From assembly GCA_051251915.1 (NCBI GenBank), contig JBPOGF010000001.1:32001-96000 (forward strand): a stretch of DNA of 64,000 nucleotides, in the 5' to 3' direction. The position numbers and the translations under genes were made by a program. The stretch comes from Akkermansiaceae bacterium. GTDB taxonomy: Bacteria; Verrucomicrobiota; Verrucomicrobiia; Verrucomicrobiales; Akkermansiaceae. Shown here piece after piece: positions 17,854 to 27,313 of this stretch (position 1 is the stretch's first letter; every line of letters starts with the position of its first letter). The notes below the pieces were generated by a model. The model made no database searches. It was not told the origin of the DNA and was given only the letters and a program-made list of their open reading frames with translations.

Positions 17854-19137
17854 ATGATCGGACCTATTTCACAAAAGTTATTTGCTAAGGCAAAAGAAAT
17901 CATACCTGGCGGGGTGAACTCACCTGTTAGAGCGTTTAAAAACGTGGATGGAGATCCTTTTTTTGTGAGGAAGGCACATGGTAGCCGGATTACGGATGTG
18001 GATGGGAAGACTTATATTGATTATATAGGGACTTGGGGGCCTGCGATATTGGGGCATGCACCGATTGTGATTACGCAGACGATTCATGAGGTGGCTAAGG
18101 ACGGGGTTTCATTTGGAGCTCCGAATCCTTGGGAGATAGAGATGGCGCAGACGATTGTGGACTGGGTTCCTAGTGTGGAGAAGGTAAGGATGGTGAATTC
18201 CGGGACTGAGGCGACGATGTCTGCTATTAGATTGGCGCGTGGGTTTACTGGTCGTGATAAGTTGCTCAAGTTTGAAGGTTGTTATCATGGGCATGTGGAT
18301 CATTTATTGGTGGCTGCTGGTTCTGGTGCGTTGACTCATGGTGAGCCAGATAGTGCGGGAGTTCCTAAGGATTTTGCGAAGCATACGATTACGGTTCCTT
18401 TTAATGATCCTGCTGCGGTGGAGGAAGTTTTCAAGGCGGTTGGTGATGATGTGGCGTGTATTATTTTGGAGCCTATTCCGGCGAATGCGGGGCTCATTAT
18501 GCCGAAAGAAGGTTTTCTTGAGTTTCTCAGAGAAATAGCGACGCGTTACGGTGCGGTGTTGATTTTTGATGAGGTGATGACTGGTTTCCGTGTGGCGCGC
18601 GGCGGTGTGCAGGAGCTGATGGGAGTGACTCCGGATCTTACTTGTATGGGTAAGGTTATTGGTGGTGGACTTCCTGTGGGTGCGTTTGGTGGTAAGGCTG
18701 AAATTATGGATTTCTTGGCGCCAGATGGTCCGGTTTATCAGGCTGGGACGCTGAGCGGGAATCCGTTGGCGATGGCTGCGGGGTTACGTCAGCTTAAGGA
18801 ACTTGAGAAGGCTCAGGGTTGGGATCATTTAGAGATTTTAGGGCAGAGACTGGAAGATGGTCTGCGTGGGTTGTTGAAGGAAAATGGTCTGAATTATCAG
18901 TTAAACCGAGTTGGATCGATGTTCTGTCTGTTTTTTACGGACAAGGAAATAGTTAACATGGACGATGTGAAGGGTGCTGATATGGAGGCATTTAAGAGAT
19001 TTTTCTGGGCGCTGTTAGATGAGGGAGTTTACTTCGCACCGAGCCCGTATGAGACAGGATTTATTAGTATGGCACATAGCTTTGGCGATATTGACGACAC
19101 GCTTGATGCGGTCGGGAAGGCTATGAAATTTATATAA
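17854..19137 (+). CDS. hemL: Glutamate-1-semialdehyde 2,1-aminomutase
   Basis: IPGGVNSPVRAF, NSGTEATMSAIRLARG, FDEVMTGFR, GKVIGGGLPVGA, YQAGTLSGNP. Confidence 0.97.
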   Translation: MIGPISQKLFAKAKEIIPGGVNSPVRAFKNVDGDPFFVRKAHGSRITDVDGKTYIDYIGTWGPAILGHAPIVITQTIHEVAKDGVSFGAPNPWEIEMAQTIVDWVPSVEKVRMVNSGTEATMSAIRLARGFTGRDKLLKFEGCYHGHVDHLLVAAGSGALTHGEPDSAGVPKDFAKHTITVPFNDPAAVEEVFKAVGDDVACIILEPIPANAGLIMPKEGFLEFLREIATRYGAVLIFDEVMTGFRVARGGVQELMGVTPDLTCMGKVIGGGLPVGAFGGKAEIMDFLAPDGPVYQAGTLSGNPLAMAAGLRQLKELEKAQGWDHLEILGQRLEDGLRGLLKENGLNYQLNRVGSMFCLFFTDKEIVNMDDVKGADMEAFKRFFWALLDEGVYFAPSPYETGFISMAHSFGDIDDTLDAVGKAMKFI

Positions 19138-19156
19138 CGAACACACAAAAAATATT

Positions 19157-19450
19157 ATGAGAGCTAAAGATATGATCATCGCAGTAGAGACTGTTGATAA
19201 ACCGATTTTCACCAATGAAACTGAGCGCTGCCTCTACTTGGTAGGGATCGGAAAATGGGAAGATGCGCATGAGTTTGTAGAGAAGTTGCCTGAGCCAGGA
19301 GCTTCTTGGATACATGCGATGATGCACCGTGAAGAGGGTGATAAGGAGAATGCGAGATATTGGTATCTAAAGGCAGATAAGCGCATACCGAAGCCGACTG
19401 TTAGTATGATGGATGAGTGGACGGAGATTGTAAAAGAGCTGCTTACTTAG
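19157..19450 (+). CDS. Conserved small helical hypothetical protein
   Basis: The WEDAHE...WIHAMMHREEGD..NARYWY pattern is typical of a widespread uncharacterised family. It lies 19 nt after hemL. Confidence 0.8.
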   Translation: MRAKDMIIAVETVDKPIFTNETERCLYLVGIGKWEDAHEFVEKLPEPGASWIHAMMHREEGDKENARYWYLKADKRIPKPTVSMMDEWTEIVKELLT

Positions 19451-19471
19451 GAGTTCTAGAGGTAAGTATTT

Positions 19472-19957
19472 CTAGTGACTTTCGTATTGATTGCATAGTT
19501 CTAGAAATCTATCTAAGATTTTTAGCTCCTCTTCGGTCAATTCCTTTATTTGTTGGCGGCTGGAACATGCTGTATAAACAGCATCGTAGCCGTAATCTGG
19601 GAATTCGCTTAAATAGTGGCACATGTAGGCTGGGAGGTAGAATCGCCAACCTTCTGGATCCGAGAACGTGAAATACTCTTGATAGCATTCGGTTTTTGCT
19701 TTCGAGATTTCACGCCAATTTGATTCGGGATCTTCCAAAGAAAGTTGAGTAAGGCGTTGTGGTGAAATTTCCCATTCATCGTCAAGTCCACGGGCAACTC
19801 TGAGTGTTATTTTGGGCTTTGGTATTGAAGTGAATGTATTTTCTATGAGATCGCGCAATTTTAGAGCTTCGGCATATCCTGCTTCAGCTTTTTTTATACG
19901 TGTAATCTCAGACGGATCATAGCCTCTGTCGCGTGCTTCTTGGGATGAGATTCTCAC
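19472..19957 (-). CDS. DUF6714-like hypothetical protein
   Basis: FSDPEGWRFYLPAYM motif. The GTG start is 1 nt after the kinase stop. Confidence 0.65.
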   Translation of the reverse strand: MRISSQEARDRGYDPSEITRIKKAEAGYAEALKLRDLIENTFTSIPKPKITLRVARGLDDEWEISPQRLTQLSLEDPESNWREISKAKTECYQEYFTFSDPEGWRFYLPAYMCHYLSEFPDYGYDAVYTACSSRQQIKELTEEELKILDRFLELCNQYESH

Positions 19958-19958
19958 T

Positions 19959-21965
19959 TTATCTCGGGAGGCTGAGTTGGAAGCAGGCTCCTTTGGTTTG
20001 GTTGTTTTTGGATTTTTTGGCGATGGTGAGGTCGCCGCGCATGGCTCTGGCTAGGCGTTTACAGAGGGCTAGGCCGAGGCCTACGCCGGGTTTGGTGTGG
20101 GCAGCTTCTTTGGCGGATTTGTGGAAGGGTTTGAAGAGGCGTTTTTGTTCTGAGCGGGCGATTCCGTCGCCTTGGTCGCAGACTTGGATGTTGATTTTTC
20201 TGTTTTTGACTTCTGCGAGGAGGGTGATTTCTTTGCCGTGATTTTCGGCTGAGGCGTATTTACAGGCGTTGTCTACGAGGTTAAAGATGATTTGTTCTAC
20301 GGCAGTTATGTCGATGTTGAGGGGTTCATCTGATGAGCTGTCTGAGAAGACGGTGTTGACGAACATGTTGTCTTCTTGGGCGCGTTCGTTGAGGCGGGGT
20401 TCGATGCGCTGGATGAAGTGGTAGAGGGAGATGGTTTCTACTTTTACTTTAGAATTGGCACTGCCGCGCTCGATTTGTGAGTATGAGAGGACATTTTCTA
20501 CGAGGTGGGAGAGGCGTTCTGACTCGTGCTTGAGGGTGGTGAGGTAGGCTTGTTGTTTTTCTTTGTCTGTGACCATGCCTGAGGAGAGGAGGTCTGAGTA
20601 GAGGCGGAAGGTGGTGAGTGGGGTGCGGAGCTCGTGGGTGACGGAGGATACGAATGCGGCTCTGCGTTCTGACATTTTGAGGACGCTTTTGAGCATGAAG
20701 AAGCAGGCGATGATGGCGAGGATGGCGCCGAGCCAGGCGAGACCAATGGGGCCGGTGATGTAGTCTGTGGGGGTGGACTTAACGACTCCGAGGTCATTGT
20801 GGACGAGTCGGAGAGGGAGGCTGAGCATGGTGGTTTCATCACCTTTTGCTTTGTGGCCTTTGAGGAGGTTGACGATGTCTTGCTCTACGGGGATGAGATT
20901 GGCGTGGGGGAAGAGGTCATGGATTTCTGCGAGGAGTTTGTTAATGAGGACGGTTTTGTTGAGCCAGATTCCTTGGACGCTATCGCTGCTGGATTCGCTG
21001 ACTTTTCTGACGAGCATGAGTTCGTTGCTTAGCCAGAGTGGATTGAAGGGAGTGGAGAATGGTTCTTCGAGTTGGTTTAGCTGGTTTAGCTGATTGATTG
21101 GTGGAGTCTGGGGAGGAGCTGGCTTAACGGGTTTGGAGGGGTTGGTGGGGGCTACTTTTTGGGTTAGCTCAGGGGTAAGTTTTTCTTGGGTTTGCTGGAT
21201 GCCTTGTGCCCATTCTTGGGTGCGTTTGCTGCTGGCAATTCTTGAGACGGCTTTTTGTCTGCTGCCTTTATCAGCGAGGGTAAGTTTTTGCTGTTCGTCT
21301 GGGGCGTTGAGAGATTCTTCGATGGTGACTTTGCTATTGGTGTTTTGGGAATAGCTGTTGTAGCTGAAGTCTTGTGGTTGAGCTTTTAAGGATGTATCTA
21401 TTTGTGCGGCACTCCAGTTATCTAGTGAGACGTGGGCGGCGGCGCAGGTGAGTGAGCGATTATCAGAATCAGGTAGGATGGGGACTGTGGATGGTGCTAA
21501 CTTGGTGGAGAGAATGCCTTTGAGTTGATCGAGCTGTTTGTTGTGTAGTTCGTTGTTTTTCACATCAATCCCATTACCTATGAGGTAGTTGGTTCCGTAG
21601 ACTTGTGGTGAGTTTACTGAGTGCTTTCTATTAGGTTCTAGGTTCCAGTAGAGGTTCGCGGTCTCTGGGGTGTTGTAGTAGAATGAATTTACGTTACTGG
21701 TGTAGGCTGGGTCTGGGTGCTCGATGAGTTCAGGGTTCTTAAATTCATAGACTGAGCGTTCGTCCTCGTTGGCAATGATGGATGCTGCGAGGGTATCTAG
21801 CCGCCACATGGCGAGCCGGATACGACCTTGGCGGTGTGCGTCCACTATCTGTTGGGAGTGCTGGACGTCTTTCTGAATCATCCCATTGGTGATGACTCCG
21901 AAGGCTGTGAGCACGATGATGACGCAGAGTGCTGCGATGATCCAGATAGTGGATGTTTTATTCAT
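19959..21965 (-). CDS. Membrane sensor histidine kinase (HisKA)
   Basis: Two TM segments, FVSSVTHELRTPL, NLVDNACKY, DQGDG, GVGLGL. Confidence 0.95.
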   Translation of the reverse strand: MNKTSTIWIIAALCVIIVLTAFGVITNGMIQKDVQHSQQIVDAHRQGRIRLAMWRLDTLAASIIANEDERSVYEFKNPELIEHPDPAYTSNVNSFYYNTPETANLYWNLEPNRKHSVNSPQVYGTNYLIGNGIDVKNNELHNKQLDQLKGILSTKLAPSTVPILPDSDNRSLTCAAAHVSLDNWSAAQIDTSLKAQPQDFSYNSYSQNTNSKVTIEESLNAPDEQQKLTLADKGSRQKAVSRIASSKRTQEWAQGIQQTQEKLTPELTQKVAPTNPSKPVKPAPPQTPPINQLNQLNQLEEPFSTPFNPLWLSNELMLVRKVSESSSDSVQGIWLNKTVLINKLLAEIHDLFPHANLIPVEQDIVNLLKGHKAKGDETTMLSLPLRLVHNDLGVVKSTPTDYITGPIGLAWLGAILAIIACFFMLKSVLKMSERRAAFVSSVTHELRTPLTTFRLYSDLLSSGMVTDKEKQQAYLTTLKHESERLSHLVENVLSYSQIERGSANSKVKVETISLYHFIQRIEPRLNERAQEDNMFVNTVFSDSSSDEPLNIDITAVEQIIFNLVDNACKYASAENHGKEITLLAEVKNRKINIQVCDQGDGIARSEQKRLFKPFHKSAKEAAHTKPGVGLGLALCKRLARAMRGDLTIAKKSKNNQTKGACFQLSLPR

Positions 21966-22651
21966 GATGCGATCATGTATCCTTTACCTCTGACGGTTTG
22001 TAGGATGCTTTGGTTCTCGTCTTTGAGTTTATTTCTGAGGTGAGCGACGTGCATGTCTATGGTACGTGTGTTGACGCCCTTGGGGTCTAGATTCCATACT
22101 TGTCTGAGTATTTCATCTCTGGCGATGGCTCTGCCTGAGTTTGAGACGAGGTAGAGGAGGAGCTCGGATTCTTTGTCAGAGAGTTCTTCTTTGGTGTTGT
22201 CTGCTGTGTAGAGGATTTCTCTTCTAGAGAAGCTGGCGGTGCCGCTGGTGAAGTGGAATTCTTCGACGCGTGGGGCTCGTTCATTACTGCGGCGTAGGAC
22301 GGCGTCTACTCTGGCGAGTAGCTCACGGACGCTGAAGGGTTTGACGACGTAGTCATCGGCTCCCATACTGAGACCTTTTACACGGTCTGCTTCTTCTCCA
22401 CGGGCGGAGAGGATGATGACGGGTTGTCCGGGGCGATTTCGCTTGAGAGCCTCTAGGACTTCAAAGCCACTGTGATGTGGCATAACTAGGTCTAGTAATA
22501 ATAGGTGGTACTGGGTGGATAGGGCGTAGTTCATGGCTTGTCTTCCATCTCCGGCTGCCATCACGTGGTAGCCTGAGAATGTTAGAGCATCGACCACTCC
22601 CTGCCTTACTGCTGGGTCGTCTTCTGCGACTAGGATTGTAGTAGTATTCAT
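21962..22651 (-). CDS. OmpR/PhoB-family response regulator
   Basis: REC (AEDD, LLDLVMP, GADDYVVKPF) and winged helix (RTIDMHVAHLRNKL, TVRGKGY). Overlaps the kinase by 4 nt. Confidence 0.95.
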   Translation of the reverse strand: MNTTTILVAEDDPAVRQGVVDALTFSGYHVMAAGDGRQAMNYALSTQYHLLLLDLVMPHHSGFEVLEALKRNRPGQPVIILSARGEEADRVKGLSMGADDYVVKPFSVRELLARVDAVLRRSNERAPRVEEFHFTSGTASFSRREILYTADNTKEELSDKESELLLYLVSNSGRAIARDEILRQVWNLDPKGVNTRTIDMHVAHLRNKLKDENQSILQTVRGKGYMIAS

Positions 22652-22754
22652 GGTGTGAGAATATCATAGTCACAAAATGAAGTCTATTTTGTAAATAGTA
22701 TGTAAAATGGGCAATAATTATCCCCTTTTGGGTGTGGTGGCAAGGTATGGGGAA

Positions 22755-24158
22755 TTACTCAGCTTGTTTGGCTTTACGGAAGTCTGGGTTTGGCTTGGTG
22801 GGGACGGGGGCGTTGATTTTCTTTCTCCAGGCTTCTAGTTTTGCGGTGAGTTCGGTGGCTTTTGACTCGTAGCTGGTGGCCAAATTATTTTTCTCACTGG
22901 AGTCGTATTTGAGGTTGTAGAGCTCGATGTCATTGTTCTCGAAATACTGGATGAGCTTCCAGTCGCCTTGACGGATCGCTGATCCTGGGCGTGTGCGGAA
23001 GACTGGGTCTTGGGATTGGTCATTGCCGCCTTGGAGGTAGATAGGGAAATGCCAGTAGAGTGCACGGTCTGCAATCTGACCATCAAAAAGTAGCGGAAGA
23101 ATACTGACTCCATCAAGGGGTTTGCCTGGTATTTCAGATTTAGTGATGTCTAGAAGAGTGGGGAAGAAGTCTAGGTGGCTGACTGGGGTGTCACACTTTC
23201 CCGGCGAAATTTTATTAGACCAGCGGATGATGAGAGGCTCGCGGATGCCTCCTTCGTAGTATGAGCCTTTTCCTGCTCGGAGTGGAGTTTGCTTAGAGTG
23301 GTTGTAAACGCCGCCATTATCTGAGGTGAAGATGATGATGGTGCTATTGGTTAGTTTTAGATCTGAGAGTGCGTTCATGAGTCTGCCGATGTTGTCATCG
23401 AGACTGGAGATCATGGCTGCGTATTCTGGGTTGTTCTGAGACTCGTTGCCTTTCTTTTGTTTGAATTTAGCGACTTTTTCTGCTTTTGCTTGGATGGGTG
23501 TGTGAACGGTGAAGTAGGGGAGGTAGAGGAAAAATGGGGTGGCTTTGTATGTCTTGATGAATTTTATGGCTTCGTCTGTGAGTCTGTCTGTGAGGTATTC
23601 GCCAGGTTCATTGTTTACTAGGTTTGGGTATTTGTATGGGCTGTGATAGCCACCTGAGTATGGTCCACCAGCTTCTGAGCCAGCGATATTGATATCAAAA
23701 CCATTTTTAAGGGGGTTTTTAGAAACGTGCCATTTTCCGATGGTGCCAGTGATGTATCCGGCTCGTTGCATTAGGTGTCCGAGTGTGATCTCGTTGCTTT
23801 TGATATGGAGAGTGTTTTTAATGGGGATGAGTTTACGGGTGTGGGATTTTCCTCGGTCTGATTCATTGACTGTGTAGACGCCATGACGGGGGGTGACCAT
23901 TCCGGTGAGGGCTGATGCTCTGCTGGGGGCGCAGTTGGATGCAGCTGCGTAGGCATTGGTGAATACCATTCCTTTAGCTGCGAGTTTATCGATGTGTGGG
24001 GTTTCGTAGAATTTGCTACCTTGGTATCCTACGTCTGCCCAGCCTAGATCATCGACATTGATGTAGATGACGTTGGGTTTATTGTTCGCGGTTGCTAGTG
24101 TGGCAGACGCGATAGACACAATTAGAAGGAGGGCAATCTGTGCTACAAGTTTTTGCAT
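22755..24158 (-). CDS. Sulfatase (S1)
   Basis: PNVIYINVDDLGWAD, CAPSR, GKWH, TSDNG, signal peptide. Confidence 0.95.
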   Translation of the reverse strand: MQKLVAQIALLLIVSIASATLATANNKPNVIYINVDDLGWADVGYQGSKFYETPHIDKLAAKGMVFTNAYAAASNCAPSRASALTGMVTPRHGVYTVNESDRGKSHTRKLIPIKNTLHIKSNEITLGHLMQRAGYITGTIGKWHVSKNPLKNGFDINIAGSEAGGPYSGGYHSPYKYPNLVNNEPGEYLTDRLTDEAIKFIKTYKATPFFLYLPYFTVHTPIQAKAEKVAKFKQKKGNESQNNPEYAAMISSLDDNIGRLMNALSDLKLTNSTIIIFTSDNGGVYNHSKQTPLRAGKGSYYEGGIREPLIIRWSNKISPGKCDTPVSHLDFFPTLLDITKSEIPGKPLDGVSILPLLFDGQIADRALYWHFPIYLQGGNDQSQDPVFRTRPGSAIRQGDWKLIQYFENNDIELYNLKYDSSEKNNLATSYESKATELTAKLEAWRKKINAPVPTKPNPDFRKAKQAE

Positions 24159-24209
24159 GAACTATTTTGCTAGGAGATAGAGAATGAAGTCCAGCGAAAA
24201 ATTAGAGTT

Positions 24210-24905
24210 CTAATTTTGCGGTGGGTGATAGCAGTAGCCTAGTCCGCGTCTGGTCTGGATGACTTCTGCGCAGAGTGGTGATGCTGAGGTAAGTTTTGCT
24301 CGGAGGGTTTTGATGTGTGCGTCTACGGTTCTGTCCATGGCTGATCCGGGGTCATCCCACGCGTGTTCTAGGAGTTGTTCTCTGGTGAAGGTGCGGCCTG
24401 GCTGGGAGATGAATGTGGCTAGCAGTTTGTACTCGTGTGCGGTGAGTGCTACTGGCTTGCCGAAGCAGTGAATGGTCATGGCGTCAGTGTCGATGCTGAT
24501 GCCTTCATTGGTGTGCTTGATGCGCTCCTGTGGGGAGCCGCTGGATGTTCTTCTGAGAATGGCTTTGATGCGGGCGACGAGTTCGCGTGGGCTGAATGGC
24601 TTGGTGACGTAGTCATCGGCACCGAATTCTAGGCCTAAAACGCGGTCGATTTCTGAGTCTCTGGCGGTAAGGAATAGGATAGGGATGCCGGAGTCTTTAC
24701 GGATTTGTTGGCAGACATCGAGGCCAGTTGTGTCTGGTAGGCCAATGTCTAGGACTACGAGTGAATAACATTTCTTGTCATGGACTAGCGAGATGGCCTC
24801 GGCTCCTGTGGTGACGTGGGTGGTCTGAAAATGCTCAGTTTCTAGAGCATAAACGATGGTTTCTGCGATGGAGGATTCATCTTCGACTATGAGAATATGG
24901 GGCAT
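24210..24905 (-). CDS. creB: CreB-like response regulator
   Basis: ILIVEDESSIAETIVYALETEHF, DRVLGLEFGADDY and DRTVDAHIKTLRAKL closely follow CreB. Confidence 0.8.
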   Translation of the reverse strand: MPHILIVEDESSIAETIVYALETEHFQTTHVTTGAEAISLVHDKKCYSLVVLDIGLPDTTGLDVCQQIRKDSGIPILFLTARDSEIDRVLGLEFGADDYVTKPFSPRELVARIKAILRRTSSGSPQERIKHTNEGISIDTDAMTIHCFGKPVALTAHEYKLLATFISQPGRTFTREQLLEHAWDDPGSAMDRTVDAHIKTLRAKLTSASPLCAEVIQTRRGLGYCYHPPQN

Positions 24906-24962
24906 AGGTTAGTAATGGGGCTTTGAGTGTATGCCTAGGTTTACGGTTGAAGTTCTAACTAC

Positions 24963-25544
24963 TTACGTTTGGGTTTTGATTTTTTCGATGTTGCAGCGGA
25001 TTCTGTATCCTTGACGCTGCGGGCTGGTGCCGGCTTTCTGGAGCCAGAGTAGGATGTCTTTTTCTAGTTGGTCACAGTCATCATGCCACTCATCAGCTTG
25101 CTTGAGAACGAGTATAGATTCTCGTATTTCGCTGAAGAAGACTTCACGTGCGCCGAGTTTCTTGAGTGCATGCATTTCTGTGTGGAGGATCTGGTAGAAG
25201 GAGAGTTCGTAACCGTTACCAGCTTCTATTGCTGCGCGTTCTAGAGAGATGGTGATGGGTGGGCATTCTATTTCTAGTGCGTTGGCTATGGCCTCACAGC
25301 CGATCCTTTTTAAGGTGTGCTGGATGCGGGTGAAGAGGAGCTCTATGTTGAGGAGTCTTAGAGGGCACTTGTGTTCTAGATAATATACGATGCCATCATA
25401 GACGTCATCGACGAAGGAAAAATGTGGTTGGTTGGCTCGGTGCGCAGCTTGCTCGATGGCACGACGAATCCAATAGGTATCGTAGTCTGATATCTGGTGT
25501 TCTCCTACTTGGAGCACGGGCATGTTTCCTGCTATGCAAATCAT
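24963..25544 (-). CDS. Hypothetical protein downstream of nrdR with a putative degenerate ATP-cone N-terminus
   Basis: Open 193-aa ORF 63 nt after nrdR on the same strand. The helix pattern resembles an ATP-cone (see findings). Confidence 0.8.
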   Translation of the reverse strand: MICIAGNMPVLQVGEHQISDYDTYWIRRAIEQAAHRANQPHFSFVDDVYDGIVYYLEHKCPLRLLNIELLFTRIQHTLKRIGCEAIANALEIECPPITISLERAAIEAGNGYELSFYQILHTEMHALKKLGAREVFFSEIRESILVLKQADEWHDDCDQLEKDILLWLQKAGTSPQRQGYRIRCNIEKIKTQT

Positions 25545-25607
25545 ATTACTGTATAGGTCGGCGAGAGAATTTTAGGTTGGAAGAATAGGTTCAGAGTGTT
25601 GATTGGT

Positions 25608-26099
25608 CTATTCGTTGAAAAGTGGTGGTTGTAGTGGGTCTTTGCGTCCTCGGTATTCTAGTCTTTGAATTTCTTTGATGAATTCTCCTACGTCCTCGAA
25701 CTGGCGGTAGACTGATACATACCTGACGTATGCGACCGGGTCTATGTCGTAGAGTTTGTCTGTCACCTTAACTCCGATGACTCCGGAGGGGACTTCTGAG
25801 AGGTGGTCTTTGTGTAGCTCTGCTAAGATTTCTTCTACTGCTCGGCCGAGTCTGTCCATGGAGACGGGGCGTTTCTCGCAGGCTTTTACTAGGCCTCGGA
25901 GTAGTTTCTCTCGGTTCAGAGTTTGGCGTGAACCATCACGTTTCACTACACGTAGTTCGGTGCGCTCGATCTGCTCGTAGGTGGTGTATCGATAACTGCA
26001 CTGTAGGCACACGCGTCTTCGCCGGGTGGAGGTCCCGTCTTTTGACATTCGTGAGTCGATGACTTTGTCATCAAGTGAGCCGCATTGGATACATCGCAT
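25608..26099 (-). CDS. nrdR: Transcriptional repressor NrdR
   Basis: MRCIQCG..DKVIDSR, RRRRVCLQC zinc ribbon, VVKRDG ATP-cone, VAYVRYVSVYRQF. Confidence 0.97.
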   Translation of the reverse strand: MRCIQCGSLDDKVIDSRMSKDGTSTRRRRVCLQCSYRYTTYEQIERTELRVVKRDGSRQTLNREKLLRGLVKACEKRPVSMDRLGRAVEEILAELHKDHLSEVPSGVIGVKVTDKLYDIDPVAYVRYVSVYRQFEDVGEFIKEIQRLEYRGRKDPLQPPLFNE

Positions 26100-26346
26100 G
26101 TGAAATTTTCTCTTGGAGTGAAATCGTGAAATACTGTTGTAAAATAGGATGGTTTTCTACGATTCGTAAATGTAAAAAATATTGTGAATAAGTTACTTGT
26201 GTAGGTGATTAACTTTACTTGATTATTATTTTTATGAATTTTTGGGTGTCATGGTGAATTGCGTCAAATATATAGGGAAATATGGGCGAATTTGAAAAAT
26301 CTTAGTTCTTGGCAAAAGAATTTATAGGTGCATGATGCGCCCACAA

Positions 26347-27279
26347 ATGGCTGGCAGGAAAGCAAAACAAGTTAACAAATCCGAAGTTAATAGCGAAGTA
26401 GTTTCACTTCGTGAAGATCTTATGGTGCTCACGAAAATCCGTCTGAATACCTTCGTTCTGATCACCACGTTATTTGGCTATATCCTTGCGTCTAAGAGTA
26501 TAAGTGGGGTGTGGGTGGATGATTGGTGGAGATTGGTTCATACGCTTATAGGAACTGCTGCTGCGGCTTTTGGTAGTGCGGCATTTAATCAGTTGATGGA
26601 GATACAGCAGGATAGACAAATGAAGCGTACTGCGAACCGTCCTCTGCCATCGAACCGAATGAATGTGGTTACTGCTTTTGGGGTTGGCTGGGTGTTGAGT
26701 GCGTTTGGTGTGATTCATTTGGGAGCCAAGGTTGGGACGTGGAGTGCGTATCTGGCGGCTATTACGATTGTGATTTATGTCTTTATTTATACGCCGATGA
26801 AGCGCAAGTCATCGGCGAATACTCTTGTAGGCGCGATACCTGGAGCGATTCCTCCGGTTATTGGTTGGGTAGCAGCTGGTGGTAACTGGAGTGATGGTGA
26901 GGCTTGGTATCTTTTCGCATTGTTGTTTCTTTGGCAGCTACCGCACTTCGTGGCTATCAATTGGTTATGTCGTGAGGAATATGAGGAAGCTGGCTATGTG
27001 ATGTGGAGTAATGGGGATGTGAGTGGCAAGAAGACGGCTAGGTTGGCATTGATCTTCAGTGCTTGTCTTGCGTTACTGGCTCCTATTGCGTGTTTACCGG
27101 GAATTGAGTATGCCAATTGGATTTATGGGATTGGTGGTGGGCTAGCGGGAGTTTATATGTGCTGGCTGGCTGTGAAATTTAGCAGAGCTGGGACTCGTGA
27201 GTCATCGAGAGGGTTATTTCTGTTCACGCTATTATATTTGCTAATAGCGCTAGGATTACTTGCATTTTGCTGGAACTGA
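26347..27279 (+). CDS. cyoE: Protoheme IX farnesyltransferase (heme O synthase)
   Basis: MKRTANRPLP, YTPMKR, GAIPGAIPPVIGW, WQLPHF. The start is ATG 26347 or 26332. Confidence 0.93.
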   Translation: MAGRKAKQVNKSEVNSEVVSLREDLMVLTKIRLNTFVLITTLFGYILASKSISGVWVDDWWRLVHTLIGTAAAAFGSAAFNQLMEIQQDRQMKRTANRPLPSNRMNVVTAFGVGWVLSAFGVIHLGAKVGTWSAYLAAITIVIYVFIYTPMKRKSSANTLVGAIPGAIPPVIGWVAAGGNWSDGEAWYLFALLFLWQLPHFVAINWLCREEYEEAGYVMWSNGDVSGKKTARLALIFSACLALLAPIACLPGIEYANWIYGIGGGLAGVYMCWLAVKFSRAGTRESSRGLFLFTLLYLLIALGLLAFCWN

Positions 27280-27313
27280 GCGTAGGGAAGCAGGGGAACT
27301 GACTAAGTAAATC

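Noticed and set aside
26263..26278. NrdR-box-like AAATATATAG between nrdR and cyoE
   Set aside because: It lacks the conserved C and has no partner box at 31-32 bp.
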